NCBI GenBank assembly: GCA_964019425.1
Contig: OZ025790.1
Span: 1,302,001 to 1,366,000, forward strand
Origin: Flectonema sp. DT1601
Taxonomy: Eukaryota
Length of the DNA stretch: 64,000 bases
Direction: 5' to 3'
Shown: one piece after another, positions 10,452 to 23,055 of the stretch
How the letters are laid out: each line of letters begins with the position of its first letter
How positions within the stretch are numbered: position 1 is the stretch's first letter
Position numbers and translations under genes: made by a program
The notes under the pieces: generated by a model
Told to the model about the DNA's origin: nothing
Databases searched by the model: none
The model's input: the letters and a program-made list of their open reading frames with translations, nothing else

Positions 10452-13400
10452 ATGAAAAATAAAGTTGATAACCTCGACATAGAAATGGAATCCAGGGGTG
10501 AAGAAGATGAAGAGGAAGAAGAAGAGTCGGAGGGCGATGATGAAGATGCTCACCTTGTGAGCGAATCTGCTGACCTCCAAAACGATCCTATAATTGATTT
10601 CTTTTTGAGAAAATTTAAGGAAATCGAGCGCGCGAAATTAGTCGTTGCGGTTCTTTTATTCATTTCTCTTGGAGCGTTCCTCGCGCTGCTTCCTGCTAGA
10701 ATGTTGAAGGCATCGTACGAATCTGAAGTTCATTTTTCAATTCGAGACGAACACTACACTAATTCTGTCAACGCGCTAAACAACGACTTAGCTGTGTCAA
10801 AACTTACATTCGTTCACATGAGGTGCACGTGGAATCCTACAACCGACACCATCGCTGATTACACTACTCAAAAGAATAACCTTCTGGGTAGCCTATCAAA
10901 ATCGTCAGCAAAATTAAATTTCTCAAACATATTATCACTACAGGAACTTAATAAAGCTTCTCAGTTAATCGACGCTTGGATACCTAAGGCTGATGCGATA
11001 GTACATCGATTGGAATTATTCACCCAAGCCGAGCAGCATAAAAAAAAAGTGTCAGCCGGATTACCTTTATCAGTCACCCTCCAAGAATACCACGAAGACA
11101 TAATTAATATTTGCGAGGTTGAGATTGCGGCTTTGAAAGAAGTTAATTTGATAGTGTTGCAAACACAACAACGGAAAGCGATTGCTACATGGGAAGCGGG
11201 TCTCAACGCATTGCTTCGAGAATCGATCTTATTAACGGAAGCAGAGTACTTAGTACTACTACACGGTACTTCTAAACGCCACATTGAATTAAATAAAGCA
11301 ATCATGAGGTTCAGAGCTGCAATTCAAATGATTCAGAACGTATTAGTGGCGGATCAGGCTGCTGAGTCTTCTGAGACTAACATTTTCCCAACAGTTATCA
11401 ATTCACACATTGCGATATTAACAACTACGTCGTGGGTATCATTATTAAATGAAGAGGAGTCAAGAATAACAGTGATCGCAAGTGATAGAGTCGCTCAGGG
11501 GGTCTCTTCGGATGACTTTCAAACGATCGTAAGCGACTCTCATTCTGTCGGTCACGTCCTTCCAACTCAACCCTTATTGGAGGTTGTTAGGTTGGAAAAA
11601 GAATCTTTTCTAATTGAAAAAAAATTTGGTGTTTCAAACGTCCAGTTCGAATCCCTGTTTTGGATGTCTTTGATAACGTTTTTCTCGTTAGCGGTCATGA
11701 ATGCAGTGCTTCCGGATTGTAAAGGGATAACGAATTTATCATACATGAGTCACGGAATGGTGTACATGGCTATTTTGTTAGGATCCTGTGCTATCATTGC
11801 GAGCCTTATCGTGTCGGCTTCAGAGTTGGAACAAGACCTTCAGAAGGATATGGGTGTGTCTCATAGAACACTTGTTGACACTGCATCCGCAACAAAGAAA
11901 TGGATTCACTGCCTTGTCTTAATTGATGAACACTTGATGTTAGGGACTGAAGACTCACGATTTAAACTAGAGGATTGCTACACAGAGTTGAATGCTATCA
12001 TTGAATTGTTCAACATGAGACTCCCTGATACATTCATTAGAGCAGCTAGAGAGTTATCCAACTTGAGAAGGAGAGCTTTCATACCTGAAGTTAGCATGAC
12101 TGAAGGTGCGATTATGAAAAAGATTCAAAAACTTCAGATTGAAAGCGGGTCTAGAATTGATAAAAAAAGATCTCTACTTACTTCAAGCATAGCTGAAATC
12201 GACGATGATGAAAATAAATTGGGAAATAAACTTTTTGATATTACCATGGCAAGTAATCAGATTACCGGAACAATCTACAAATCGTTAGTCGGAATGACTC
12301 CACATGGAAAAATTGATATCGGAGTTGCTAAGGTGTTTCTCAGTTCTCTAAACCAACAACTCTCTGATAGTCTGAAATCATTACTTTCTGAATCACTAGT
12401 TGGGTCTCACACTACCATTAACAACAGCCTTACTATGCTAAGAGAGGTCGATGACGATATTCACAAGTATTGGGGGGATCTAATTCAAAATGTTGAACGG
12501 TTGTCGGATTTCAAATCACACTCTCCGGTGTTGGAAACTGTTAAAAGCAATCGTTTGGAAATATACAACACGACTTGGCTATTACAAGAACTCGATGCAA
12601 TTATCGGAGATAAGACGGTAGCATCTCAGAATGAAGCGTTGGGTTATTTAGATTCAAAGAGATCTCAAATTCGTCATCTTCGTATTGACGTCAGTTGGGT
12701 AGCAGCTCTCAGCGTCATAATCTGTACCGGATACTGGTATGATTATTTTTTTTTCTTCTTCTGGGAAAATAAAATGGAAACTCTTTTCTTCGTTACTTAG
12801 AAAATTAGTATAATATGCAGTAAATAAAATGGGGCGAAAAGAAGCAGGAGAGTCGTCCGTACTTTTGTCTCTGGGGCGTGCGGACGTCAAGATTTTTCGC
12901 TCGAACGCTTTCATCCTTTTCTTGGGTGGGGGTTTAAGGTTCTTTTTTTTTTTGTAAAAGTGCGGCCTTGGCTCCACTGGTCGGTGTTTCCCGGGAGTGG
13001 AAAGCATGCTTGGGTCAGAGTGTTCCTCGTTGACCGAGGCAGGGTGTGTGCCTCCTGAGGAGAACAAACCCTCGCAACCAGAGCGAAAAAGATGTGTGTG
13101 CATCATAAGTTTTGGCCCGATTTTCCAGGTCCTATCCGTCACCGCAGCGAAGAAGAGAAAATTTTTTAAAGGAAATCAAATAGGGATTTAATATTTCTAT
13201 CGGCACTGAAGGTTACACTTTCTGTTCCTCTTGTTATCTTTGCGTGAGCCTCCTCGGGAATCATTAATTACTTGGTATTTACTACTGGTGGTACTAAATA
13301 CCACGGGAATTTCCACAAGTGGATTACCGCCTTGTTATACTACTATTTTTTCTGTTTTTTTTAAGATAAATCCAATCACTACACACACAGGGCTGTCATA

Positions 13401-13577
13401 TGGATGTCGTTATTTTCCGATTGTGTGTTTTTGCTTCAAGGTTACTTCACTGCGAATACCAACCCGGATGATGAATTACATTCAGACTCTGAAGAAGAAG
13501 AGGAAGGAGAAGAAACGGAAGAAGAAGAAGATTCCGAACTCATCGAAGGAGAACTGTTGGGACGAAAAGGCGACTAA
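10452..13577 (+). CDS. Multi-pass membrane protein with two long helical ectodomains; exons 10452-12736, 13391-13577
   Basis: Four hydrophobic segments and acidic termini. Intron GTATGA...ACACAG restores the frame to TAA at 13577. Confidence 0.7.
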
Positions 13578-13695
13578 ATAATATTATTTTCTGTTCTGTT
13601 ATTTTCTTTTTTTCTCTCTTTTTGCTCTCAATTACACCACCATTTTCCTTCACTCACTATTTACATAGTGGCATATTGTTAAGTTTTTTTTTTTT

Positions 13696-13848
13696 GCATT
13701 TAACAAGTATTGTAAGAACGAAAAAAGAATGTTGGGCAGCACACGTAAACCTACTTTAGCTTTATCAGTTTAAAGTCGGTTCACGGGTTTCGTGACACAA
13801 ACAAAAACATCAACACAGTTACTATTTAATTCTGTAAGATAAAGCCTA
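13696..13848 (+). repeat. Dispersed repeat family A (about 155 bp)
   Basis: Core ctttatcagtttaaagtcggttcacggg; other copies at 55238-55412 (+), 51847-51959 (-), and partial copies at about 44066-44110 and about 3700. Confidence 0.85.
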
Positions 13849-14030
13849 TTCAGTTTTTTGTTTGCCCCCTTTTTTAAAATCTCTTAAGTTTTTTTTTTTT
13901 TTTTCATAAACAAAAAAAGGGTACTATTTTGAACAAACGTGTTATTGCTTATCTTTCATTCAAAAGGGAGGAGAAAAAAAAAAAGAAGGGGAAAAAAAAA
14001 ATAAAAATAAAAATTGATATAAATGTTCCG

Positions 14031-17000
14031 ATGACTACCAACAATCCAATTATAGACAACATCCAAACAAACGACAACAACAACGATGCAGCTTTCGGAG
14101 AAGTGTTTTTAAAGTATTTAATTAACGTCAGAGACGCTGTTATTGGTGCCACCATTGAACGAGATCGAGTGTTAGAATATGCTCCTCCTAGTGTGAAGTT
14201 AGAGTTTGAGGTTTTACTAAAAAGAGATATTCTTCAACTATTACTAGACGTTAGTCGGAAAGCCAGAGTAACAGACGTAGAACAAGTTGCTGTTGGGGAG
14301 AATGTGTCTTCGTCAAACACGATGGAGATTCTGACAGGTATCAATTCGGTACTCAGAGAAGAAAATGAAAAACTAATTAGAGAATCCCAACAATCTTCTT
14401 CAGTTATCAAGTCTCTTGAAGGACAAGTCACTCGTCGGCAACAACAAATATCAGACCAGAGAACACAATTTCTACGTCAACTTCTACAAAAGGAAGACTC
14501 CTCTCTGTCAGCCAGGAGAGGTCATCAAACAGAATCCTACTGGTCAGAGATGTCCATATCTGATGACGAGAGAACTAGAGACAAACATTCAGCAGACCAA
14601 ATAACTCAGCTAAAAGAAAAGTTCAACCAGGAAAAAGATTTATTAGAAGCAAGAAGGAAAGAACAGGTTTGTCGCTCAATCGTTTTTTTTTCTTCTTTCC
14701 ATGATGTGTTGAGTGGGAAAGAAAAAAAGGAGGAAAAAAACAGGTAACGGACCTTCGCTGCCAGCTTCAAGAAGCAGAGGCAAAATATCTGAGTGCCATG
14801 AGCACCATGCGGAAGAGTGACAGCTTCAGGACCCCAGTAGTAAATAATTTATCCGCATTCTCCAATGACATTCCTGGTGAAAATATAAACGGAAGGCATT
14901 GTCCACCACCAGTTCCGATATCCGTGCCGGGATCCGGTGTTGATGCTGTTACCCAGACGGAGGAAGACGTTTTAGAAAAATTATTCGTTCGGGAATCGAA
15001 CTTGGCGGAGACAAGCTTTTCGGATGAAGAAAATTCGATGTCGGAGTTGCCGGCGATAACTCTCTCTAATGAGAAGGATAATCCTATTGTAATAGAAAAC
15101 ACTTTGTCGAGTAGTCTCCTCGAACCTTTTGAGTCAGACGATTCGCAGGGAAGTTGCACCGAATCGTCGACTGACAGCGAACCCGATGAAGAATCGGCCG
15201 AAACAAATTCAACTCTAGATCCACATCGAGCTCCTACCAGCAGTGGCGACAATGCAAGCACCATTTCTGTTAAACCGGTGAGTGCTGAGGCTGACCATTC
15301 TGAGGACTCACCACAGGCACCCGACGTTGATACTGAACCGCTCTCACCTCAAGGAAGCTTCCAACAGAATACTGTTTCTGGGAAAACTACTACACCTGAA
15401 ACCAACCTGTCTGATGATTGTTTACGAAGTGGTGTTCAGCATCCTAATGATAACAAAGATAGCGGGAAGGAATCTCCTCCTGCGAAACCAAAAAAGAAAC
15501 CCGTTCCGAAAAAGAATAAGAAACATAATCCTTCAAGAAGGATTCTAACCCGAGCAGTCAAGGTGGAACGGACAAACGTCTCGGATGAGACCAATTCTGT
15601 TGAGATGAGCGCACAACCGAAGAAATTTACGTCTGGAGGGAAAATCAGCTCGGTTAAGAGTCAAATGCAACTTCAACAAGCGAAGTTGGATGAAGCGAAG
15701 AATAAAAAAGAAATAAATCGTCTAAAGGCAGAGCTTACTTCAAAAGATCGCATTCTAACACAAGTCCTCTCAGACATAACTGATTTAAACAGCAGTACTG
15801 AAGAGGTTAGTGAAGTGACATTAGCACCCGCGCTCCATCAACGACTTGAAAAATATCGAGAGACAAAAAATGAATTGTCTCAGGCGATGGGAGAGTATTC
15901 ATCATTAAGAGATGAGGTTTCAACAATGAAAAATACGATAAAAAAACTACACACCCCAAGTGAACAAGTTTGTCAAGAATCTGACACTACTTACTTAGCA
16001 AACACGATCAGTAATCTTCAATCTGAACTGCAACTAAAGACAGACATGTTGAGAGAATGCAACACTGAATTAAACAAACTACGAGGAGACGTTCAAACCT
16101 TACAAGGGTCATTAGGATACAGACTCAGTCTGATTAATGTTAACGTCGTTGATAAGCTCCGTAACTCTGTTGAATCCGCGGAAATGACTGAAGAACTCTA
16201 CCGTGTTAGTGGTTGGACTCTTCTTGCAATGGGAATGCGATACAGTCGAATACTTGACAGTGCTGTAGAAGTAATTAGAGAAGATAGATCTTTATTTGGG
16301 AGTACTGCTTCTTTAAGAAGGTCTCAGAAAGCTGTAGAGATATTGGAACATCGCTGTACAGTTTTGATGAATTCACAACGATCAGAACGGTGTCGGTTAA
16401 AAAACATTTCAAACAGAAACTGGGACAGAGTCCTCTACTACGCCAGATCTGTTGTAACTCCAAAAGCTCCTCAGCAACTTCCTCAAAGAACTCCTTCAGT
16501 TGCTTCTCATGTTCGACCATCGTCTGCACCTGCGACACGAAATCCCTTTTCAAGAACACCCGACACGCTTCACAGAGCACCACACACACCACAGCCTACT
16601 CATTATCCAATTGTTCCTATTTTACACAAGGATGACACTAAAGGGACTGGGGCTGCTGGATATTCACCAAATCCACCTCCTCTTAATAGTAGACCTTCTA
16701 GGTATGTTTTTTTGTTTTTTTTGAAGGCGAAGAAAATAAAATGGTCAAAGGTCAAGGTCGCTATGGAATTAATTTTGCTCTTGCGATGTGTTGGTGGTGG
16801 ATTCTAAGACCGATAATGCCTTTTGTTCTAATTAATGCCAAACCGTTGGTGTTCAACTCGCTGTGTCGAATTTAAGATCATAATGGGATATAACAATCAA
16901 TCTGAATTTTATTTTTTTTTTGCAACATGTATTGTAAACCAAACAGTGCTCCCATAACGAATCGCAAGGCTTCAAAAGTACAATCAGCACACAGTAAGAG

Positions 17001-17157
17001 AGAACAAGTTCTTAGCCTGATTTACAAAGACAGAAGGATTGCAGAAGAACATTCTATGAACGACAGGAGGAAGAACGCATTGTCATCACTACATCCAGTC
17101 TTCTCAGACTCTGCTAAGATATTTCGATTAGTGGCTTCGAAGAATGAAACGGTGTGA
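14031..17157 (+). CDS. Coiled-coil / low-complexity hypothetical protein; exons 14031-14666, 14744-16701, 16947-17157
   Basis: Three track ORFs join in frame through GTTTGT..ACAG and GTATGT..ACAG introns. The ATG start is inferred. Confidence 0.75.
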
Positions 17158-17311
17158 TGATAAAAAGTTATCTAATATTTGTTTTGTTACAATCACCAGT
17201 TACCCGTTAATTATTTTTTCTTAAGTATTTTTAGAATCTGGTTGATTTCATTTTGTTTCATCCTAATACGTTCATTCTCGAAACAGATTTTTGCTCTGAA
17301 CCCTTTCTAAT

Positions 17312-18091
17312 ATGAAGGCCATCGCTACCCTGATCACAGCGGTTGTCGCAGCTGCCCAAGCCCAAGACTCGCCTGCCCTGCAGGCAGCCCTGGCCCAGTA
17401 CCCGACAGACGTCTGCTGGTGCCTGTTCGGGACGCCTGACACGAGCAGCGCGGCAACAGTGAGCAGCGGAACGTTGATTGCTCTCGGGGGCGGGCAGGTG
17501 GCCAACTACATGCCTGGCTGGATTGACCCGGAAACCGCTGGTTCGAGGTTCTTCCACATTCCCGAATCCCAGATCCTGAACGCTGCGTACATCCCGCCAT
17601 GGAACATCGCGTCGGGTTCGTTCATGAGGTTCTGGTGCGCGGACCACCCGTCGATAAAGATGTGCGACATCTACATCAACATCTACAAGTGTGCGGGATG
17701 CGAGGCCGGGCTAAACGCGGATTTCAGGAACTACCTAGTGACCGAGGGTTGGACTCCTTCGCAGTGCGGGCCGAAGTTCATCAGCGACGCGGGGGAGGAC
17801 AAGCACAAGTTCATGTCGTTCAGGAAGCAGGTTCCGAGGAACCACCTCGAGAGAGTCGACATCGATTCGAACGTGAGGCTGATGTTCGCGTCGATGAGCA
17901 GCGAGGGCGTGGACTGCTCGGGTCTCTCGCTTGCGAAATGCGAGACCTCGGGATACGACCAGTGCAGAATCATCAACGGAGTGTGTGTTGACGACTGGTG
18001 CCCAAGGATGCTACAGGGTCCTTGCATTCCTCCGTTGTGTGGCAGTGGAGGATGCACCAAGTGTGCTCTGGCAGAGGCGGCCTTTCAGTAG
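17312..18091 (+). CDS. Secreted cysteine-rich protein, strongly GC3-biased
   Basis: Signal peptide MKAIATLITAVVAAAQA, many Cys residues, abrupt GC rise at the ATG. Confidence 0.8.
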   Translation: MKAIATLITAVVAAAQAQDSPALQAALAQYPTDVCWCLFGTPDTSSAATVSSGTLIALGGGQVANYMPGWIDPETAGSRFFHIPESQILNAAYIPPWNIASGSFMRFWCADHPSIKMCDIYINIYKCAGCEAGLNADFRNYLVTEGWTPSQCGPKFISDAGEDKHKFMSFRKQVPRNHLERVDIDSNVRLMFASMSSEGVDCSGLSLAKCETSGYDQCRIINGVCVDDWCPRMLQGPCIPPLCGSGGCTKCALAEAAFQ

Positions 18092-18502
18092 GACGATGGA
18101 GACGCGACGGCGTCGCAAACAATTACTGGCACACTAACTTCTTGTCAACGCACCAAACGTTCTTCGTTTGTCGATTTGTTTTCCCGAGTTCAACTTGTTT
18201 CCCACCAGCCCGTTGTTCTTTTCCGAGAAAAAAGTGAACTGAAACCTTTTCCGTCCTTTTTATCGATAATTGGGCCGTGGTGAAGAGACATGTGTTTCCG
18301 TTTATTTTGTGTTCGATGGCACTCTTTTCCCCTTTTTGTGCTCCAAAAGATGGAAAAAAAAGAAGAAGAAAAATTCAATGAGATAGGCAGCGCTCAGTTT
18401 TTGACATCTTCTGATGTCTTCTGAAGGAAGTCTTTCTCATATGAAAAAAATGAAGTCAGAGAGTTGTTTTTCTTGCCAAAAAAGCCTCATTATTGTTCCT
18501 CA

Positions 18503-18578
18503 GTTGTATTCTGCGTCTCTGCAAGGAAAAACATTTTTGAGTTGTATTCTGCGTCTCTGTAAGGAACAACATTTTTGG
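18503..18578. repeat. Two-copy tandem repeat, about 38 bp unit
   Basis: agttgtattctgcgtctctg(c/t)aaggaa(a/c)aacatttttg twice. Confidence 0.85.
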
Positions 18579-18798
18579 TAACCCTTTTTTTTTTTTTTTT
18601 GAATTGCTTCCTCGCCTTTTATTCAGACACACCCTCCCTTCTGCGGACCGTATGCTGCTGGTTACGCATGTTACAGGTTACGCATTGCATCAGGCTATTT
18701 TTCAGTTTCTGGATTAGTCCTGTCTGTCTTGTTAGTTGAGTTCTGCTTTTCCTCACAGCTTCTTTCTCAAAACAGCCCAGGTGAGATATAAATAAAAG

Positions 18799-19827
18799 AT
18801 GCACTCACCAATGACTAGAAAGAGTTGCAAACTTCAACCGTTGGAATTGAAATGTAATTGGCTTCCAAAGGTTGAGCCGTTGACACCGACACCACCACCG
18901 CTACCACCACCACCACCTGTTGAAGATAAAGTAATTAAGAGAAAAAGACGCTTTGTTGGAGTTGCTCCAAGAAAACCATTGTTGTTGAAGTCACTCTCTC
19001 CTAACAAGCTTCCTGTCATTCCGGCTGTCCTAGAAATCAAACAAGGAATGTGGGTAAAAACAATACAAGAAAACCTAACAAGAGAATTAGGAAAGTATTC
19101 ATTGAATTTAACATCGGGTGGGATGAGTTATCAGGACTCTGAAGATAGAATCGAAATTTTTAAAAAAATTTGTTTGGATGCTATCGTTGCTTGTAGTACT
19201 GTTTATTCACCTTTGTTGAAACTGTTATCAGATGAATACGATCGGCATTTTAAAATTACAAAGTCTTTAGTACTAAAAAAAGATAAATTAAATACTGAAC
19301 TTCTTCATAAAAATGGTGAGTTATCATCAACGATTGATAATTTGCAAAGAGAGAGTGAACTTCTTGATTCGAAATCATTGAGAAAACAAAGACATAGCAG
19401 CACCGAATGGAAATTAAATGAGGCAATGCAAGAGTTGAAGAAATTAAAAAATGAACAGACTCTCTCTGAACCACAGCAGTTTGAAGCCAGCACACATTTA
19501 TCAATGTTATACGATAATGATGTTCTAAAAGAAGAAATTGAGTCGTTGAAAAAACTTCATGAAGAAGCTACATTGTCACTGGAGCTAATAAGAATGCGAG
19601 ACAACCAAATTAAAAAACGTCGGAGAGCCCTCGCTCCCCTTGTCGAGAGGGGAGGTAAACAAATTGATATAAAGGGAATCTTAATGCAAAACACAGTACC
19701 GTCAGTTGTTGAAAGTGCAAACGCTGAAACTCAAACTGGATTTTACACCCCTGAGACTTCTCCTCTGAGTGTTAAACCCGAAATGCCAAGACTCACTTTT
19801 ACATTTGGAGATGAGCAAATCACATAA
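18799..19827 (+). CDS. Coiled-coil protein with TSNAXIP1-N-like domain
   Basis: RIEIFKK..STVYSPLLKLLSDEYD followed by a coiled coil. Confidence 0.6.
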   Translation: MHSPMTRKSCKLQPLELKCNWLPKVEPLTPTPPPLPPPPPVEDKVIKRKRRFVGVAPRKPLLLKSLSPNKLPVIPAVLEIKQGMWVKTIQENLTRELGKYSLNLTSGGMSYQDSEDRIEIFKKICLDAIVACSTVYSPLLKLLSDEYDRHFKITKSLVLKKDKLNTELLHKNGELSSTIDNLQRESELLDSKSLRKQRHSSTEWKLNEAMQELKKLKNEQTLSEPQQFEASTHLSMLYDNDVLKEEIESLKKLHEEATLSLELIRMRDNQIKKRRRALAPLVERGGKQIDIKGILMQNTVPSVVESANAETQTGFYTPETSPLSVKPEMPRLTFTFGDEQIT

Positions 19828-19953
19828 AATTGTTATTATTCATTTACACCATTTCTATTCTCTCTCTCCAAATCAAAAAAAAAACCCCCCAAAACAAAGA
19901 CAGTCTTCAAAAAATCAAATATTTCTATCAAAAACAGGTCCCCCCACACAAAA

Positions 19954-21504
19954 ATGTCTCGTCCCCTTGAAGCAGAAGACTTAATGGATGATTTAATGCA
20001 TGGTGAGGGTATCTTGGGATCGTTTTTTTCAATAATTTGGTACAAAGGACTGGGTAAGAGAATGCATAAACTAATTGGAATAAACATCCCTGATACCATA
20101 ATCTACCTTTATTCTAAGCCTTTACATTGGTTTTTTTCATCGAAATCTGGGGAGATAAAGAAGAAATCAAGAGGGAAACTGAACAGCAAGCACATTGAAG
20201 AACAGTTTTTAAAAAATGGGACATCTGTGAGTAATGTAAAAGCTTCGTATTTTATGTCACGACCCAGTGATGCTAAGACAGATGCCCAACACGCTCAAAT
20301 AACATACACTTATGGAAATGATTTGAGAAAATTTTTACAAGAAGATAAACCAAATGGAGTTCTTCAGCTGTTTTTTGATCCAAAACCAGAAGCAGCGAGG
20401 GAAGGAACCGCTGTTAGAAATAGCTTAGTTCAAACAACTTGGTCTCCTGGATGTTTTTTTATCGAAAAACGAGTTAATAAATACAGATTGGACACACACA
20501 AAGTACCAATAGAAATCAGAGCAGCAACATTTGATGATTACCAAAATACAGAAACTATTCCACTCGTCTCTGATAGTGTTGCTGCATCCTTTCAACGGGT
20601 TTGCCAGTTGATAGCAGAACATGTTCGGGTTGTGTTTCGATATAAACTTGCATCTTTGGTTTTAAACTTTAAGATAGATAAAAACGATACTATTTGGTTG
20701 CTGTGGTGTTCCTCTATCAGGATAGTTTCGGAAGAAAATCCCAGCAAAGCTCTCACCGCAACAACAGTACCGCCACTTCAACACTACACCAAGGAACAGA
20801 AGGAACGATTAGTTGCAAATGGAAAACGACGTGAAAATCAACGAAGTAAACGACGACAACTTGAAGACGCTCTACGAACAGCAGAAGAATCTCACCAATG
20901 TCCCCTTTGTCTTCATAAATACCCAGGTAATGAGCTGTGTGTGGTACTCACAAAGTCAATATTGGCAGCTTTAGGAGGTGATCAAAATTCAGTTGAAAGC
21001 ATTCCTGCTCCCATTCGACTTATATCTCCTGGACTTGATCTGACTGAATACCTCGAGGTCAGAGATAAAATGTCATTTTTGAATTCCCCAGTTAAAGTTT
21101 GTTGTATTTGCCTGCAAGGATTGGTGAAGTGTGCGTCTGGTGCAGGTCCACGTCAGCTTTTGGGAAAGAAAATGTTAGCGTCTTCTAGCAGGTTAAAGAT
21201 TTCATATGACCACATGCCTTCAACAAAACATCTCTCTCCATTGATTAAGTCAGGATCAATAAAAAATCCTTCTTCGCTGGAGTACTACAAATATGATTCT
21301 CGAGGTCTTGCAACAAAGCTGGGGTATGCAACACTTCGGGATCAACCTGTTGGTTGCTTGGGGAAGGCAGCCCTTGATTCATACCAACTGCTGTCATCCG
21401 AGATTAAGGAATCCCTCAACAAGCACACCTCATCACTAATCAAGATAAAGGTAAATGGTTTTGAGGATATTATTACTCCAAGCACTACTCCGAGACAACT
21501 TTAG
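19954..21504 (+). CDS. Hypothetical protein with C-terminal CxxC pairs
   Basis: 516-aa open frame with globular composition; CPLC...CCIC. Confidence 0.7.
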   Translation: MSRPLEAEDLMDDLMHGEGILGSFFSIIWYKGLGKRMHKLIGINIPDTIIYLYSKPLHWFFSSKSGEIKKKSRGKLNSKHIEEQFLKNGTSVSNVKASYFMSRPSDAKTDAQHAQITYTYGNDLRKFLQEDKPNGVLQLFFDPKPEAAREGTAVRNSLVQTTWSPGCFFIEKRVNKYRLDTHKVPIEIRAATFDDYQNTETIPLVSDSVAASFQRVCQLIAEHVRVVFRYKLASLVLNFKIDKNDTIWLLWCSSIRIVSEENPSKALTATTVPPLQHYTKEQKERLVANGKRRENQRSKRRQLEDALRTAEESHQCPLCLHKYPGNELCVVLTKSILAALGGDQNSVESIPAPIRLISPGLDLTEYLEVRDKMSFLNSPVKVCCICLQGLVKCASGAGPRQLLGKKMLASSSRLKISYDHMPSTKHLSPLIKSGSIKNPSSLEYYKYDSRGLATKLGYATLRDQPVGCLGKAALDSYQLLSSEIKESLNKHTSSLIKIKVNGFEDIITPSTTPRQL

Positions 21505-21633
21505 CAGTTTTCTACTTTTACACGCTGCTTTTTCAAGCAAGCATTCATTTTCATCATTTCACATTCTGTTTTGAAGTGCCAAACTAACATTTTCTCAATC
21601 CAGGTCCGCACCTAATTATTTAGGAACCGTCAA

Positions 21634-21643
21634 GTTCAATTCC
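21634..21643 (+). promoter_or_regulatory. Extragenic B-box upstream of U4
   Basis: GTTCAATTCC, 87 nt before U4. Confidence 0.7.
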
Positions 21644-21720
21644 CGGTGGGGGCAGTCTCCCGGACCAGAAATCCGCAAGGTTGTCGATGGGGTCAAAAAA
21701 AATGAAGACTATTTGAGGTT

Positions 21721-21862
21721 ATCCTTGCGCTCGGGAAGAATCTACAGACAATGACCTAACAGGGATGTCGTAGAGAAATTGCTGGTTGAAAACTACCCAA
21801 TTGCCCGTTTGGCAGCGCTTCGGTGCTGACCAAACAATTTCTGTAACTGCCACTTGGCAGTC
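21721..21862 (+). ncRNA. U4: U4 snRNA
   Basis: ATCCTTGCGC (U6 stem II), CAATGA..GA kink-turn region, TTGCTGGTTGAAAACT (stem I), Sm-like AATTTCTG, 3' hairpin ACTGCC/GGCAGT. Confidence 0.88.
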
Positions 21863-21934
21863 TTTTAATTTCCTGTTTGTAACAATTCTTCCTTGAGAAT
21901 TTTTTTCAAATTTCTAAGAATGAACAGGCGTCAA

Positions 21935-21944
21935 GTTCGATTCC
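21935..21944 (+). promoter_or_regulatory. Extragenic B-box upstream of U1
   Basis: GTTCGATTCC, 87 nt upstream. Confidence 0.7.
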
Positions 21945-22021
21945 GGGTCGAAGCATGATAAACTAGCTGATTGTAAAATTATCGGCCTCCTGGAAAGCTT
22001 TTGAAGGATATTTTGAGAAGT

Positions 22022-22182
22022 ACATACCTGATTGGTGTCTGGCCTGATCACGTAGGGTGCCGACATAACAACGGTCCTTGCATTGCACTTCGCTTGGAAC
22101 GTTGTTAGGGGGCTGGTTTCGGCTGGCTTCCCACAATGAAATTTTTGGTAGCGGTGGTGCTGCGCTTGCGCAAACCCACCTT
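22022..22182 (+). ncRNA. U1: U1 snRNA copy 2
   Basis: Matches copy 1. Confidence 0.92.
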
Positions 22183-22246
22183 ATTTTTTTTTACTGTAAA
22201 TTCCACCGATCAATGGAGCATTTTTTTATAGAATTTCGACCGTCAA

Positions 22247-22256
22247 GTTCGAATCC
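22247..22256 (+). promoter_or_regulatory. Extragenic B-box upstream of U3
   Basis: GTTCGAATCC, 87 nt upstream. Confidence 0.7.
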
Positions 22257-22333
22257 CTGTGAAGGCGAGAAGTGACTCTCTTTTGGTGGATAGGCAGCCC
22301 CCTGAACGAAGCTGTGAGGGAGTTTTAGAGATT

Positions 22334-22515
22334 AAGACTGTACTCTACACAGGATCTGTTTTTGAGTACATTCGTGTTGGAGTTTACATAACCCAGCACA
22401 AGGCCAAAGCTGGATGATGACGTAGACCAGCACTGTGCCGCATGAGCATTGCGATGATTGCATACGATGCGTCAAGTTTCACCTTGACAAGCACAGTCTG
22501 GTCACTTACAGCTTT
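22334..22515 (+). ncRNA. U3: U3 snoRNA copy 2
   Basis: Matches copy 1. Confidence 0.88.
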
Positions 22516-22969
22516 TTTAATAATCAAGTGGGTCTCTTCCTTTGAAAGTTGACTTTTCAAATTTTATGATTTGAATTAAAACTTACAGCTTTTTTAATAT
22601 AAATCGATATAAGTGCGTGCACATCACCTGATGAATGATGCAGTAGCCATTTTTCTTTTGCTGGCAAGCTGGAAGTCGAGCCAATACTATGAAACTACAA
22701 TCTTCGCGATTGGGTACTGATGCGGGCTAAATTTGGGCTTTTGGTTGCCTAAATTCTGATGCATTTTGGATGGCTGCGCAATTACTGAAATAAAACAAAA
22801 ATGTTCCTCGCAATGATTTTTCATTTCTTCCTGTTCCTGAGACATTGTCCTTTTTTTGATTGACAACTTGTAATAACTATGTAACCAAGCAGCAAGACTA
22901 TATTTTTAGCTTTCTGACAAGTCTTTCTTTGGTGAATTATATATTCCGAAGGCATGTAATAATTCACCA

Positions 22970-22979
22970 GTTCGATTCC
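22970..22979 (+). promoter_or_regulatory. Extragenic B-box upstream of U5
   Basis: GTTCGATTCC, 86 nt upstream. Confidence 0.7.
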
Positions 22980-23055
22980 CGCTGTTGACTACTTTCGATG
23001 CATCGTCCAGGAGAAGAGGCACTCTGTTCCTTTGCTCCAATACTTTTTTGAGAGC

